Below are positions 13,325-27,437 of a stretch of 64,000 nucleotides of DNA, piece after piece (positions within the stretch are counted from its first letter, which is position 1; every line of letters starts with the position of its first letter). Source of the DNA: Vicugna vicugna. Taxonomy: Eukaryota. Under the pieces are notes generated by a model. That model worked only from the letters and a program-made list of their open reading frames with translations, was not told the DNA's origin and searched no databases. Made by a program: the position numbers and the translations under genes. The stretch spans positions 75,985 through 139,984 of the forward strand of contig MU058432.1 in assembly GCA_013265495.1 (NCBI GenBank). Reading direction: 5' to 3'.

Positions 13325-13640
13325 ACCAGAGAAAGAGACTCACAGACATAGAAAACGAACTTATGGTCACCAGTGGGGGAGGAGGGTGGGAAGGGATACA
13401 CTGGGAGTTTGAGATTTGCAGATACTGACTGTTACATATAAAATAGATGAAAAGTGTATACTGTACAGCACAGGGAAATATATCCAAGATCTTGTAGTAG
13501 CTCACGGTGAAAAAGAATATGAAAATGAATATATGTATATTCATGTATGACTGGAGCATTGTGCTGTACACCAGCAATTGACACAGCATTGTAAACTGAC
13601 TGTACCTCAATTAAAAAAAAAGATGAAGAAAAAAAAAAGG
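13325..13640 (+). mobile_element. L1 3' end with A-rich tail
   Basis: gactcacagacatagaaaac...ttgtaaactgactgtacctcaattaaaaaaa. Confidence 0.85.
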
Positions 13641-13744
13641 AAAGGCTAGATGTAACAGAAAATTTAGCAGAAAAAAATAAAAAGGAAAAGTGATGTAACA
13701 GAAATGAAGAATGGCACAACAGTAGTCTTGATTTTGCCCAATTT

Positions 13745-14560
13745 ATAGGGACAGAAATCTGGGGAATATGTGTAGAAATGGATGTAAAGGGTATGGGATG
13801 ATGGTGAAAGGAACTTAAAATTGAATCAGTCCAAATTTACTGATAAGAGCCCACTAAGCAGAGATTCTCAATCAGTGTTGCAGTGTAGGGAGTTAGAATG
13901 GACTGTAAAAGTTTGGTTTGTTGACTGATACATGGACCGAAAGGGGGCGCACAGTGAATAAACTTGAAGTGTTAGACTTGCCTTGGTGTACTTGCAGAGG
14001 GAGTGAGTAATCAAAGGTTTGGGGAGCTTGGAATGTTAAAGTGGATTTGATAACTATGCAAGTTTAAAAAGCTAATGCTCTACACGTTCTTAGAAACAAT
14101 GAACAGTACGTATATGTAAATTAAAAAATATATGTGCAGTAAAAAATAGATCTATCAAGCCATGAGAGACATAGAAGAAACTTAAAGAATGTATTACTAA
14201 ATGAAAGAAGGCAGTGGGAAAAGGCTACAAGCTGTATGATTCTTTTCAAATTATAGTTAGATAGATCCAGTATATAGAACCAGCAATTCCCCTCCTGGGC
14301 ATGTACCTGGAGGAAATATAAATTACAAAGCTGCTAGTTTCAAACGGAGCCTGGAGCAAGAGAAGTTTCTGTAGCAGACAGCATGCCAGGCAAACGACGC
14401 TGCCACTTACATCACGTGATCCAGCAGATCCATCGGTACTTGTGTCAGTGGCAGACAGGGACACAGTTTGGATCCTAGGCAGGTCTCTGTATGCGAATCA
14501 GAGCATAAACCCTTAAGATTCTGGAGCAAAGCCTTGACATCCTCTGTGGATAACTAGTCT
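13745..14560 (+). mobile_element. degraded ERVL internal fragments (gag- and pol-like), interrupted by L1 pieces
   Basis: gggaatatgtgtag...ccactaagcagagattc and a PLRFWSKALTSSVDN-like segment (~14510-14555) resembling ERVL RNase H. Confidence 0.55.
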
Positions 14561-17124
14561 CTGTTTCCCCCAGTCCCATGGAGCTCCTGCAATTAAGCCC
14601 CACTGGCCTTCAAAACCAGATGTTCTGGGGGCTCCTCTTCCTGATGCTGGAACCCCAGGCTGGGAAGCCTGGTGTGGGGCTCAGAACCCTCTCTCCTGTG
14701 TGTGGGCCTCTGCAATATAATTTTTCTCCAGCTTGTGAGTTGCCCACCCAGGGCCATGGGGCCCAAGTATATCTTAAGTGCACCCCTCCTACCATCCTGT
14801 AGCTTAGCCTGTATCTGCAATGAATGCATCAATTGCTTCCCAGCTGCCTCTCACCACCACCTTCAACATTTCTCACTCTGTTGCAAAGAAAGTCCGTTTC
14901 TTTGGAGAGAAACTTGGAGCTTTCTGTTCTCTGGTCTTCTTTCTCTGTTCTCTGCTGTGCTTTTTTTCCCCAGACAAAGATCTCTGAGCCACAGCCTTGG
15001 TCCTTGGGGTAGGGACAGTGACCGGCTTCTCTTTCTCTCTGAATGACACTCCTGCATTCGGAGCTGAGTGCTCAGTGGGGTGGTAGGCATCAATTTCAGA
15101 ATTCCTCAGGCTGCTTCTCTTGGCATGGAAACCTGTCCCATGAGAGGGGACAGGGGTGACCAGGTATTTGCAGTATTCTCAAGGTAGAGCCTCCATTCCA
15201 GGAATGATGATTATGAAGAAAGGAATCCACACCTTTCAGCCATTCTCCCCTGGAACTTACTCTTTGCAAGAAGAGACTAAGAAATGCTGACTTCTGTCTC
15301 TCCCAGGAAGAGACAGGGAGCAGGGGTGGGAAGGAGCCCTGTGCTCTTGGCTGTCCCGAGTCCAGACTGAGGCTTCCATCTCACTGAGCTGGGAGAGGGG
15401 TAGTCTTGACGAAAGATCAGCCCCCTTCCCTGATGGGCTGAATAATTCAGTGACAAGGTCTTAGAGCTTAGAAGAAAAGAGGCAGCTTTATTGCTGTGCC
15501 TCGCAAAGTGCCTTCAAAACTGTGAGCGCATCTTGGCGATGGGGGAGAGCGATCACATAGCCATAGCTTAAACAATAAAGCGTTGATAACAATCAACAGA
15601 ATTAACTTTCTTCTCATAAGACTCAGAGTGGCGTCATGGTGTCTCCAGGGCACCAAGTCTAGAGAGCCTAGTGGCTGTCATTCTTCTCATCTCTTTATCT
15701 TGTAAGTGCCCAAGGCACGGTCTTCTTGGTCATTCAGGCTGTTTTGTAAGGTTACAGTCCCGTGACCTTCTCCCTGGAGATCAACTCAGAGACCAAGCGT
15801 GATTATTACTTTTGATGACTGGAATAAAGTAGAAACAGTGAGATCAACAGCTTTAGTTTTAACAATGGGCCTGGAACTGTGAGTAGCCACCGGTCAGTCA
15901 GGTCAGTTGACCGTTCTAAGGGCAAGCATAACAATAAGCAATCTGTTGGCCTAAGTGCAGCCACTTTATTAATCCCCTTTCACTAGCGCATGGCTCTTGG
16001 TTCAAATATTGTTTGAACTGTTTTTACTGAATTTTAGTAGGTTTTCTTGAATAACTGTTTCTTCACTTACTGTATGTCCTTCAGGCCCTTTGTAGAGACT
16101 TACCTTTACAAGTTAGTAATTTTCACTAGTTTACTTGTCTGCAGTGTTTTTCACACTAGTGTGCTAGAAGTAGAACTCTCACCTGGGTGCCACTGTAATT
16201 TGGTCTCAGGAGTACCCAGAACCTCCTGGACCCAGGGCATGATGATTACACATGAGTTCAGAATTAAACCACCATTTCCTGGTACGATTCTACATGGGAA
16301 AGGATGGTGTTGGGAGACAGGGTCTTCCAGCTGCCTACCAGACCCGGAACATGGCAGGTGACTCACACACATGGCTTCCTCCTCCCTCTCTCCCTCCCTT
16401 CTGCCCTCTTCCCACTCACACATCCACAGTGACCTATCTGGCCACGCTGACTCATGGTGACCCTACCTCACTCGGTCACCCAAGTCCAGTCTTGTCATCC
16501 CACACACCAGTTCTAGGTTGCGATCAGGTCTAAGAGGTTCCAGTAAGGGTCCTAGCCTTGGAGAGGAGTAAGTTGACGGAGTCCCCTGATTCTCCATCAT
16601 GAGCCTCTCCCACTCCTGGCTGGGTGGCGCTGTGGAAAGTTACAGGTCCCAGAGATCCTTCCATGCCTGTGGCCCATCATACTGACTGCTACCAGCACAG
16701 AGGGGGACCAGGGTTCCCCATTTCCCAAGGAGGAGACGTCCCTGGAGATAAGGATCTTTGAGTGATCAGGAATGGAACATGCAGTCTCTTTGAATTTGAA
16801 TGTTCTTCTACCCTGGACATCTTAGAGGGTGGGCAAGGACCAAACCTCCGATCCAGTCTGAGTCCTAGATTGTCTCTCAGTTTCAGTTGAGAATACTCCT
16901 CTCACGGCACACAGACCCTGAGTCAGGGATGGCCCTTAACATTCTCCTCAGAGACTTCCATCTCCTTTTCAGCTCTACCACAAATAGCTCTTATGACAGA
17001 AGTGTGTCAGGGCCGTGAGGTGTGACAGAGAAAGAATGTGTCCAAGGTCAAAAGGGGGAGACATAAGCTCCTTCCAGGGCTTCCTCTCCCAAGTGTGTGG
17101 CCCTGGATATCAAATAAGGTCCCA

Positions 17125-18490
17125 CAGTGCCCATCCATCTTGCCACAAACGGCAGGATCTCCTTCTTTTTAACAGCTGAGTAGTCTGAATAGTATTTATC
17201 TATAATTATACATATAATTATATACATATTTACATACTTCATTTTCTTTTTTTTAATTGGAGTATTTTATTGAAGTATAGTTGATATACAGTGTCATGTT
17301 ATTTTCGGTTGAACAACATAGTGATTCAACAATCAAATATATTATGAAATAATCACAACGAATCCAATAACCATCTCTCACCACACAAAATTATTGTAGT
17401 ATTAGCAAATATATTCCTTGTGTGGAATATTACGTACTCATGGCATTTAATTTTAAAACTGGAAGTTTCTATCTCTTAATCCCCTTCACCTATTTTGCCC
17501 AACTGTACCCCCCGCCCTTCTGGAAAACACCAGTTTTCTCTGTGTATCTATAAGTCTGTTTCGGTTTTGTTTTGTTTGTTTTGTTTTTCTGATCACCCAT
17601 ATAAGTGAGATCATATATTTGTCTTTCTCTGCGTTACTTATTTCACTTAGCATAATACCCTGTAGGTCCAACCACATTGTCGCAAGTGGCAAGATTTCAT
17701 TCTTTTCTTTGGCTGATATTCCATTGTATATATATCTACGCTTCACCTCTTCTTCATTCATTCATCTGTTGATGAACATTTAAGTTGTTTTCATGTCTCG
17801 GCTATTATAAACACTGTTGCAATGAACATAGGGGTGTGTGTATCTTTTTGAATTTGTGGGTTTTTCTTTTTTTCCTCTTTAGGTAAATACCCAGGCATGG
17901 AATTTCTGGATTGCACGGTAGTTCTATTTTTAATTTTTTGAGGAACTGTTTTTTTTTTTTCACACTGTTTTTCACAGTGATTGTACCAATTTACATTCCC
18001 ACCAACATTGCATGGGGGTTCCCTTTTCTCCACATCTTAATCAACATTTGTTATTTGTTGCCTTTTTGGTGATAGCCATTCTGACAGATGTGAGGTGATA
18101 CCTCGTTGTAATTTTGATTTGCATTTAACTGATAAGGAGTGATACTGAGCATCTTTTCATGTGTCTGTTGGTCACCTGTATGTTTTCTTTGGAGAAATGT
18201 CTTTTTAAGTCCTCTGCCCATTTTTAAATTGAGTAATTTGTTTTTTGATATTAAGTTGCATATCACATTTTCTTTATCCATCCACGGACACTTAGGTTGC
18301 TTTCATGTCTTGGCTGTTGTGAATAATGCTGAAATGAACATGGGAGTGCATGCATCTCTTTGAGATACAGATTTCATTTCCTTTGGGTATACACCCAGGA
18401 GTGGAATTGCTGGATCCTACGGTAGTTCTGGTTTTAATTTTTTTGAGGAAACTCCCTTCTGTTTTTCACAGTGGTTCTACCAATTTATAT
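17125..18490 (-). mobile_element. composite antisense L1 3' region (ORF2 end and 3'UTR)
   Basis: Minus-strand peptides TPMFIATVFIIAET and EILPLATMWLDLQGIMLSEIS are typical of the L1 ORF2 C-terminus. Confidence 0.9.
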
Positions 18491-18639
18491 TCCAAGAGAG
18501 AGCACTTTCGTACAGGAATGAATATGTCCCTGGAAGAGCAGTGCTCACTGTTTGAATGGGCACCAAAAAGGACAGAACTGAGAGACCGGAGGAGGGGGAC
18601 TGGAGCACGGAGAGTGGGAAACTGAGGGGCTTATGTCCC

Positions 18640-19091
18640 TGTTAACGGGTCCAGTTGTGTCCTCCAAGAGGGAACTGTTGAAGTGCTAACCCTTGATACC
18701 TCAGAACGTGCTCTCATTTGGAAATAGGGTCATTGCTGCTGTTACTAGTTCAGTTAAGATGAGGTCATCCTGGAGTAGGGAAGACCCCACTCCAATATGG
18801 CTAGCATCCTCATCAGAGGAGGAGAGGGACACACAGAGGAGGAGCTCCATGTGAAGATGGAGGCAAAGACTGGAGTGATACATCAACCAGCCAAGGGTTG
18901 CTCCAGCTGCCAGCTGCCAGGAGAAGCATGGGACAGATCTCTTCCTCAGAGCCTCCAGAAGGAGCCAACCCTGTCGATACCATGGTTTCAGACTTTTGGT
19001 CTCCACAGCTGTGAGAGAATACATTTTTTGCTGTTTAAGCCGCCAAGTTGGTGGCACTTTGTTATGGCCGCCTTAGGAAAGAAACTAAGAT
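18640..19091 (+). mobile_element. MLT1 (MaLR) LTR
   Basis: atttggaaatagggtc...gatgaggtcat...gagcctccagaaggagccaaccctg...ctgtgagagaataca...tttgttatggc. Confidence 0.85.
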
Positions 19092-19247
19092 AGTTAGTTA
19101 CCTTCATAGTTTGAATCTAAGACGCCTTCTTGCTCTTGGCTTCACACACCCACCACCCTGTCCAAACTGGTTCATTCATAGTCCCCACGCAGAGACGCCT
19201 AGGCTCACTCTGTTATCTGGAAGACTTCCACATCTCCATCCTAACTC

Positions 19248-19773
19248 TGTAATAAGGAAGAGCAAATCTGATCCTGTCTTGAATCTGTTTCTTTTACTTT
19301 AAACTTTGCATCCTATTGCTTTCTTACTACAAGTTAATCACTAAAGGGATGTTGCTTGTAGATTAAAGTATTCATAATGGTCCATGTCTGAGAACCCTGC
19401 CTCCCATGTCTGAGCATTAAGCTAAAATACCTTTGCTTAGCTCACAGGAAACATCCTGATCAGACCCGCCTGTGGATGGCTGCAAGAAACAAGAAATTAA
19501 CACATCCCCTCTGCAGTCTGAGTCTGGCCAGAACCAGGAAATACTTGCAACAATTTATCGTCTTTTTACTTTACCTCTTCACCTCCCCCATATTTGTTCT
19601 ATAAAAGAAACTAGCATCCAAACGTGGGCAAGATGGTTCTTTGGGACACTAGTCCACCATCTTCTCGGTCGGCTGCTTTCCCAAATGAACTCACTGTTCC
19701 TTGCCCCAACAACTTGTCTCTTGATTTATTGGCCTGTCATGCAGCAGGCAGTAAGAACTTGGACTCAGTAACA
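19248..19773 (+). mobile_element. ERV solo LTR
   Basis: TGTAATA...GTAACA termini and an internal TATAAAAG. Confidence 0.65.
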
Positions 19774-20522
19774 TTTCAAGTCACAATTCAAGTCCCCTAC
19801 CCTGCTATGCCCCTTTTCATGTTTATAATGGGAGCCAGGAAACACTTTCTGGCCCTGTGAATTAGTGAGTGGGGAAAAATGCTTTGGAACTAGTAGTAGA
19901 AGCTTTGGGGTGACATTTTTCCTCTTTTACTCATCTCCTCTCACATCCCCGTGGCAGTTGGGTGCAGAGACTCAACTCATATTAAGGAACAGTCTCGGAA
20001 GCATCCTCATGGGGGGCCCAGATTCCAGCCTGCACTGTCCCTGTAAACTTGGTCTCCGAGGGTTTCCTCGCAGGGTTGCTGAGGGTGGTGCAAGATCATG
20101 CACAGTGCCCTGCACATCAGGCCCTGCAGCCCTGCCCCTTCTCACCAGACTCTTGGCTGTACACCTTTATTTGACTCATCCACTTCTCAGGTGAACAAAC
20201 GTGGGCCTTGAGATGACACCTCACTCCTGGCCCCATACGTGATGAATTCTGTCTCCACTTGAACTAAACTAAAAAGCTGGGACTCAGGGATAGGATCCTC
20301 ATGGTTGGCCTGGTGGTTTCTTCACACACGACAACCACCTCTTTATTCTCCCTCCAGGCCCCAAGCAGTAGGATTTCCACAGACCAAGGGTCCGTGCCCC
20401 CATCTGACTCTCACTTATTCCAAGCCCCAGGCTCAGACCAGCCCTGCACGTCTGCACTCCTGGATCATGAGCTCCCTGGGAAATGATGGGTGGGAGTGCA
20501 GTGGCAGCAGCTGCCGTTAAGT

Positions 20523-20745
20523 CTTTTTTTTTTTTTAACATTTTTTATTGATTTATAATCATTTTACAATGTTGTGTCAAATTCCAGTGTTCAGCACAAT
20601 TTTTCAGTCATTCATGGACATATACACACTCATTGTCACAATTTTTTCTCTGTGATTTATCATAACATTTTGTGTATATTTCCCTGTGCTATACAGTGTA
20701 ATCTTGTTTATCTATTCTACAATTTTGAAATCCCAGTCTGTCCCT
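20523..20745 (-). mobile_element. short 5'-truncated L1 3' end
   Basis: Poly-T start, L1 3'UTR motifs, and a cgttaagt repeat on both flanks consistent with a TSD. Confidence 0.8.
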
Positions 20746-23200
20746 TCGTTAAGTATTATTCAGACCTAGTCATGCCAGTGCTGTTCTAGCTACTTCGAAC
20801 ACAGGTGCTCTGGCTCCAGACTCCAGGTAAGAAAACCAACAGCTTTTATGCTTTCCTTATGCCCTTACATAGGCTCTTACCAAGGGCAGAGTAGACATTG
20901 GTGGGTCTACCAGGAGCCCAAAGACCAAGGGGAGGCGCATAACTGGTCACCCTTCTCCAGGGTGGCCTCCACTGTGGCCACTGCCCATGCTCTGCTTGAC
21001 TCTGTCATTTACAGGTCCTTCCCTGGCTCCTTGAACTTTGACCCAAGTAATTTTTCATCCATTTCACATATTCAGGAAGAATGGGATTTTGATGAGTTGG
21101 ACAGCTGCCAGGTATGTAAGTGGGTGCCATAAAGAGGGACTGAGCATGTTTGTGGAGCCTTTATTTCCTCCTTCACCTTCACATGACACAAGTCTGTCCT
21201 TGAGAGAAGTACAAACACCATCTGTCTCTTGTCAACAAGGGGCAGGGGCCTCAGATACTCAGACCCTGTTCTCCTGGGTGGCAGGCTGCCAAGGGTTGTG
21301 CAAGTGGTGGGTGGTTCCAGGCGGGAACTGGACTGGACACCATCATATCTCTTTGCTATGTGTCTACCCGCATGTTAGCAGGGGTAGGCAGCAAAGAAAC
21401 TTCTTGCCTGGGATGATTGTCAACGATTAAGAAACTCCTTTCCCCCTGCCCTGGCTTTCTTCCTCCTTGCCTTTCTCTTTCGATTGAGAAAACTGGATGC
21501 AACATCCTGCCTCAAAAGACTCCCTTCTCAAGAAAACCCTCCCTCCAAGGCCCAGAGAATCAGGTCATTTGAACATGCCCCATGCTAATGAATACACTCG
21601 TCCCTTGCTTTTCAGCTGTTCCGTTCCTGGTCTGCATCCTGTATCTTGAGGTTTTAGAGCGTAGAAACAGTATCTTCTACTTTTGGACAAGTCAGATGCT
21701 ACGGCATGGGACCTTCATGGTCTTAGGCAGCAGTGTGGACAGCAAGTTGGAAACGACAGCGTGTTATCCTGCATATCGGCCAGGAGAGGCTGGGTACTGC
21801 TGGCGCAACAAGCAAGCTCAAGGTGCCAGAAGCTACAACCTCGAAGATGTATTTCTTGCTCACAGTCAGCTGAATTTCTCCTCCATGTCATCTGAACCTG
21901 GGACCCAGGCTGATGTAGAAGATCCTATCTGAAGAATTCCTGGTAGTCATGGTGAAGGGAAATGAGAACATGGATATTAACACTTCTGAACTGTACAATT
22001 AAAAATGGTTAATGTGCGAAAACAGACTCATGGACATAGAAAACAAACTACGGTTAAAAGGGGAAAGGGAGGGGAGGGATAAATTAAGGGTTGGGGATTA
22101 ACAGACGCATATTACTATATATAAAACAGATAAACAACAAGGACCTACTGTTTAGTACAGGAAATTATATTCCATTTCTCGTAATAACATATAATGGGAA
22201 AGAATCTGAAAATAAAATATGTATGTATGTATATGTATAACTGAATCACTTTGCCGTACACCTGAAACTAACATTGTAAATCAATTACACTTCAATAAAA
22301 AATGGTTAATATGGTAAATTTTATCTTATGTGTATTTTAACACAATAAAAAAAGAGAGAATGAGAGAGACAGAATGGAGAACCACACAGTAGTCACACAC
22401 AGTGGCTTCTGCTGGAAAGTTTGCTCACATTTCATTGATCAGAGAAAGTCATATGGCCAAGCCTGCCCTCAGTGAGACAGGGAAGAGTAATCAACTCCAG
22501 GGAAGCTCCGTGAGTCTCTGGAAATATTAATACAGTCTCCTAGACCCTGCTTGAATGCAAGAGCAAGCCCTTGTCTATTCCTCTTAGAACTGGGGAAGCG
22601 GGGCAGCTGCCAGGTAGGGGGAGACCTGGCTCTCCTGATTTTTTTTTTTTAAACAGGGAAATTTTAATACAGAGTTACTAACTAGTGAAAGGTGGTGAAC
22701 TATTAAAAGAGGGAAATGGGACTGTAAGGGGTGCAGAAGTAGCAAATACAGAAAGCAACAGAAACACGCAGCCAGTCGATGGCAGAGAAATTTGCCAGAG
22801 GGCAGGTGCTTGAGCGGGTCTATAGAAAAGCAATCCATTCTGGAGAAACTGGCCTGAGGGTGCATGTAAGCCAGAGGACTGATGCTCATTTTATTTTTTT
22901 CATTTATTTACTTAAAAAAATTTCATTGGTATTTTATTTTCATTTCCTTAATAGGGAAAAAAATCTGAAAAATAAAGGCTTATGATTACCAGGAGGAAGA
23001 TACTAGTTAATAATAAGAAGGATTAAAGGCATCAAGTTTGTGACTGTCAATTTCATCCAATTCAGTTCCACTTAATTCTGAATCAATATCGATTTCTCGG
23101 AATGCTTACTGGCCATCCTTGTAGACAATCTTCCAGACTGAAATGTCTTTGGCTCCAGCGTCTGTGTCTGTGTGACACGAAGTTAATAACATTTATCGCC

Positions 23201-26200
23201 ATGAACCAGAGTGCACACAGCTCTCCATCCAGCTGCTTCTCTCTTAGTCTTTTGTCTGTTTCCATCCATGCCAGGTTTCCGGTTGCTTCGGTCCTACTCC
23301 CTGGAGACTCCTCTCTTCCTCCCTCTCCTTCCCATACAGTTACGGAAGGGGTCACTTGTCGAGGAGAGAGGGGGACGGAAGATGACTCTGATTGGGGCCC
23401 AGGGACCATTACTGCCACTTCTTCAGTAAGTGGCTCTCCTGATGTTGATGGCGGTCAGTGGTGGGGACAATGGGTGTTACAGGGAACTGGACCTGGCTAG
23501 TTCTCATTCAGCAACAGCCAAGTTTTGCATCTTCTCTGAACCTCAGATTCCTCATCTAAAAAAGAAGAGACTGGATCAGACAAATGCTGAGTCTGGTGCT
23601 AGCTGGAGCTAATTAAAACCATGCGAAGAGCCCAGATCCGTCAGGGAGATGACTCATGGGGTGTCCCCAAGATAGCAGAGGACAGCGTGGAAGAGCAGGA
23701 ACTCTTCTCCGCGCCCTCACCAGCACATGACGCTAGAATCTCCACCTGTCTTCATATATTGGCTTACTTCCCCTGCCAGCGTGGCGTTCCCTCTTCTTTC
23801 TTCTCAACTTCCTCAAAACCTGCTAGTCCTCCGCAGAGAAATCCCACTCTCCCAGGGCAGGGACACTGTCTCACGGGTTTCTGGTTCACATGCATGTCTT
23901 ATCTTCCCAACTGTCTATAACCTTCTTGTAGGTGACGTCTATGTCCTCTACTTCTTTTTTTTTTTTCCTACTTCTTTTTTTGAGCTCTTCCTACCCTTCC
24001 TCTTCCCCACCTCCTACCATACCTTTCCCAGAGCTGGACTCAACTGTAGCATTTGAAGCAACTATGGTTTGTGTACATTAACTCATTTGGTTCTAATGAC
24101 ATTGCCATAAGAAAGATTATTCCTCCCATGATAGCATCCTTCTCGTCACTCTTCATCAATCCAGTGAAACGTAACACATTTAGCGCCATGCTTGGCATGT
24201 AGTAAATGACCAATGAGTAGCAGTAGCTGCTATTCTTGTTACTGATTAAGAAACTGAAGTTTGAAAAGGCCGAATAATGAGCACATGTTGCAGAGTTAAT
24301 AAGGAGGGGCTGAGTTTGAATTCAGGTCTTTCTGATTCCAATGCCCAGCACTGTGGTCCTTAAAGCCACACACTACATATTTCTGTTTCCAACCCTCCCG
24401 GGTATAGCTGGATTGCCTGTCCCCACTCTGTCTGCAGAAGTATGACCACAGCACTTGCTTTGGTAAGAGGTGACATTTGTCACACGTGCCCCCGTGCAGC
24501 ACGGACACTGCAGTTCTGAGAGTCAAAGGAGAAGGCTTTAGTAATGGGCTCTCATTTCAGGGCTCAAGGAATGTGAGCAATGCAATGTCTGTGTGTTTGT
24601 TGTTTCAGGAAGCTTCCCCCCCCCCCACCTGGAGGATGGCATTCTCTCCTGTCATTGTTGTTACAGGGCCCCTGCTAAACCATTCAGGGCTGTGGGTCAC
24701 CACAGTTTACAAAACGCTTCGTTGGGCATGTGATGTCTCTTTGTTCTGCCCATGCTTCCTGCAAACAGGGTGCTGCTCCCCGCACAGGGCAACGGTGTAC
24801 CGCTGTATGCTGGCCTGCAGTAGCCTCTCCTGGAGGCAGGAGAGGGGAGCCCTTCCGTCCTGGAAACCTCCACAGTGACAGTGTGCAAGTCCCTGGGGCT
24901 GGGGAGGAACTCCGCAGCTCTGATTCAGAGTGGTGTGAGTGCAGATCTCAAATGGCTCCCAAGAGCAGTTTTGGTGGGAAGAAAGAAATTCGTGAGCTTC
25001 CATTGGATGGGTACCCACGTGGGTGCAGCTGGCAGGAAGGACCATATTTGGGTGCTGGCTATGAGAAGCATAAGCTGGAGGGCTCGGAAACAAATTGTTT
25101 GCTCCCACAATGACACGCACTCTGGTTGCGCCTTCTCTCACGGATGGGTGTGTGAACTTGTCTCCTCCGGTGCTCTCTGAGGACCCTGCTGTCCTCACCT
25201 TAATCTGCCAGGCAGGTTACATGAGTGGAAATAATTTGAGGGGAGTAACTGGCCAGCATGGGGATTATTGCTGTTCAAACAAGTCTTAGCTCATGTCAGA
25301 AATGTGGGGTCAAGCGGGAGGCAGAGGGAGTGAGATGGAGGGTGGAGAGGCCACCACAGAGAAGGACAGGTACGTGCTGGCCCCTTTGGGTCTAGAAAGG
25401 AGCTCTTTGACCTTCTTCCCTCTTAAAGAGGGAAACATCAGCAGAAATTAAAACTGTGGGCTGGTGACCTGGCTTGGGGCGGTTATATGTCCCAGCTAAA
25501 AGGCCAGAAAGATTCATAGGAAGTGGAGCAATTTACCGTGACTCTGCTTTCTGGTGTGGCTGGCTGGCTGGATTATGTATCATTGCCTATAATGGTTGGG
25601 GGGATAGGGGAATGAGCAGGTTTGAGAAGCAGAGAATGGGAAGCAATGAGCTTAGCTGGACTGGTATTGCGTTTCAGTTCCCCGTCAATATCTCGGTTCA
25701 GCTGGAGCTACGGAAGTGGTACTCAGGAGAGAGACAGCTCTGGGATGGAGGCACAGCCCTGAGGAGGGGGTGACCTTGAGTCCCCTTCCAGTGGGGGAGG
25801 CTCTTGTTATTATCTGTTAAAGTCTGCTTTGGACACATCCCATAGCTCACTGGAAGCCTGTAGAAAACACTGTGAGAGTGTCTGCCCTAGGAGAAGGCTC
25901 AGTTTTCTGGGCTGAATGTGTGTGTCTGTATGATGCTGGGTTATTTTTTCCAGGTGATAGATGTCAAACTCAGCTGAGAGCACCCCTTTCCCAAAGGGCA
26001 GCTGAGAGGGAGGACTGGCACTCTGCCCACCCCTCACCGCCACTGAGGAAGCCGGGTTTCCAGCGCTCTGTAACCTGACTGCAGTGTCGTTGCCAGGAAT
26101 TCTCTGGAGATGGCCTTCTGTATGCGGGGGCCCCTGATTTTCACAGTAACTCCATCACAAGTGTACTGGGAAACACTATTAATAATTAGCCTGCTCCTCA

Positions 26201-26583
26201 GCCTACCCTTGGCCTTCCTGTAAGTAGATGCCACCCATATGGAAATGGTAAGGGGAGGGGGGTAGCTAGAGTGCCTCCTGAGATCTCTGGAGTGGCCTGG
26301 GAACTACGCCAAGAGTGGGTAACACATGTGTTGGGACCACTGTCGAATGTTCTGGAGACCCAAGCTGGGTCTGCCGGAGTGTGCATGCGGGGACAGGTGC
26401 TGGGGGTAAGCTGTGGTCTACGGGCTGTTTGGAATCAGAAGCCTTGTTGTCGAGTCCTGCCTCTGCCCCTTCGCAGCTGCAGTGGGCTCCAGAGGCCCTG
26501 AACTGGTACATGTAGGGAAGACGGGACGTGACATGTTGGATTTGCTGCAAGGAGATGTCGCCACAGCTGGAGATACTGCCTGA
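23201..26583 (+). pseudogene. candidate decayed multi-domain Ly6/uPAR (LU) gene
   Basis: Series of exon-like segments with LU-type remnants. Best segment: GNTCVGTTVECSGDPSWVCRSVHAGTGAG followed by a phase-1 GTAAG donor (exon end 26405). Multiple frameshifts and stops. Confidence 0.4.
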
Positions 26584-27437
26584 AACAGAGACAGAGGAGG
26601 AAATAATCGGGCTTCTCCCTTCATCCCGCCTCCAACATCCCTCCGTAGTTTCCCGTTGGCCGAACTTGATTGGAAGTCAATGAGCAAAAAAAAAAAGAAA
26701 AAAAAAAGAATCCCAGAAAATGTGGTTTGCAGACGAATCCCCTTTTTGGAGCAGCAGAAGAGCATGGAATTGATCTATGAGAAACCACACTCTACGTGAG
26801 AGGCTTAAAGATACGGTGGTCTGCAATGATGACTCTCCAAAAAGGTCTGCTGGTATTAGAGCTGGTAACCAGAGAACAGTGTCCCAGCTCAGGGGATGGA
26901 GATGCTCCTGCCTGGGGATAGACCATTGCCCCGAGGGCCAGTGGTTTGGAAAGTTGAAGCCAGGGGATTTGGTCAACATACAAAACACCAGAAGGCCATG
27001 GAGAGATCCACCCTGAATCCCGCCACTGATCTCAGACTGCCAGACTCCTCTTTTCCCAAACCTGGAGAAGTCTGAGGGTTTTAGGAGAACCAAAAGGAAC
27101 TGGACTTCCACGTACAGTGTGATAATTTATTTTTTAAGTCTCTGAGTTTTTGTTAAACTTAAGATTAAGGGCTACACATCCTTACATTTGGAACTCCCTA
27201 AATGAGTGCTGAATGAAGAGTAAAATTTTGTAATTTATGCACTCCTCCCCGCAGGCAGCTGGAATTGGAAGGGTTGTTGAGATATTGGGATAATTACCTC
27301 ATTCTTAGATGAGGAGTGTGAAGTCCAGCGGTGGGTCCAAGGCCACACAGAGAGTAAGAGCCCAAGCCTTAGGGGAAGTTCCCTTCTAACATTTCCCCTA
27401 GTGCCCATAAATTACCAGAGGGTGGTCCAGGGTCAGA

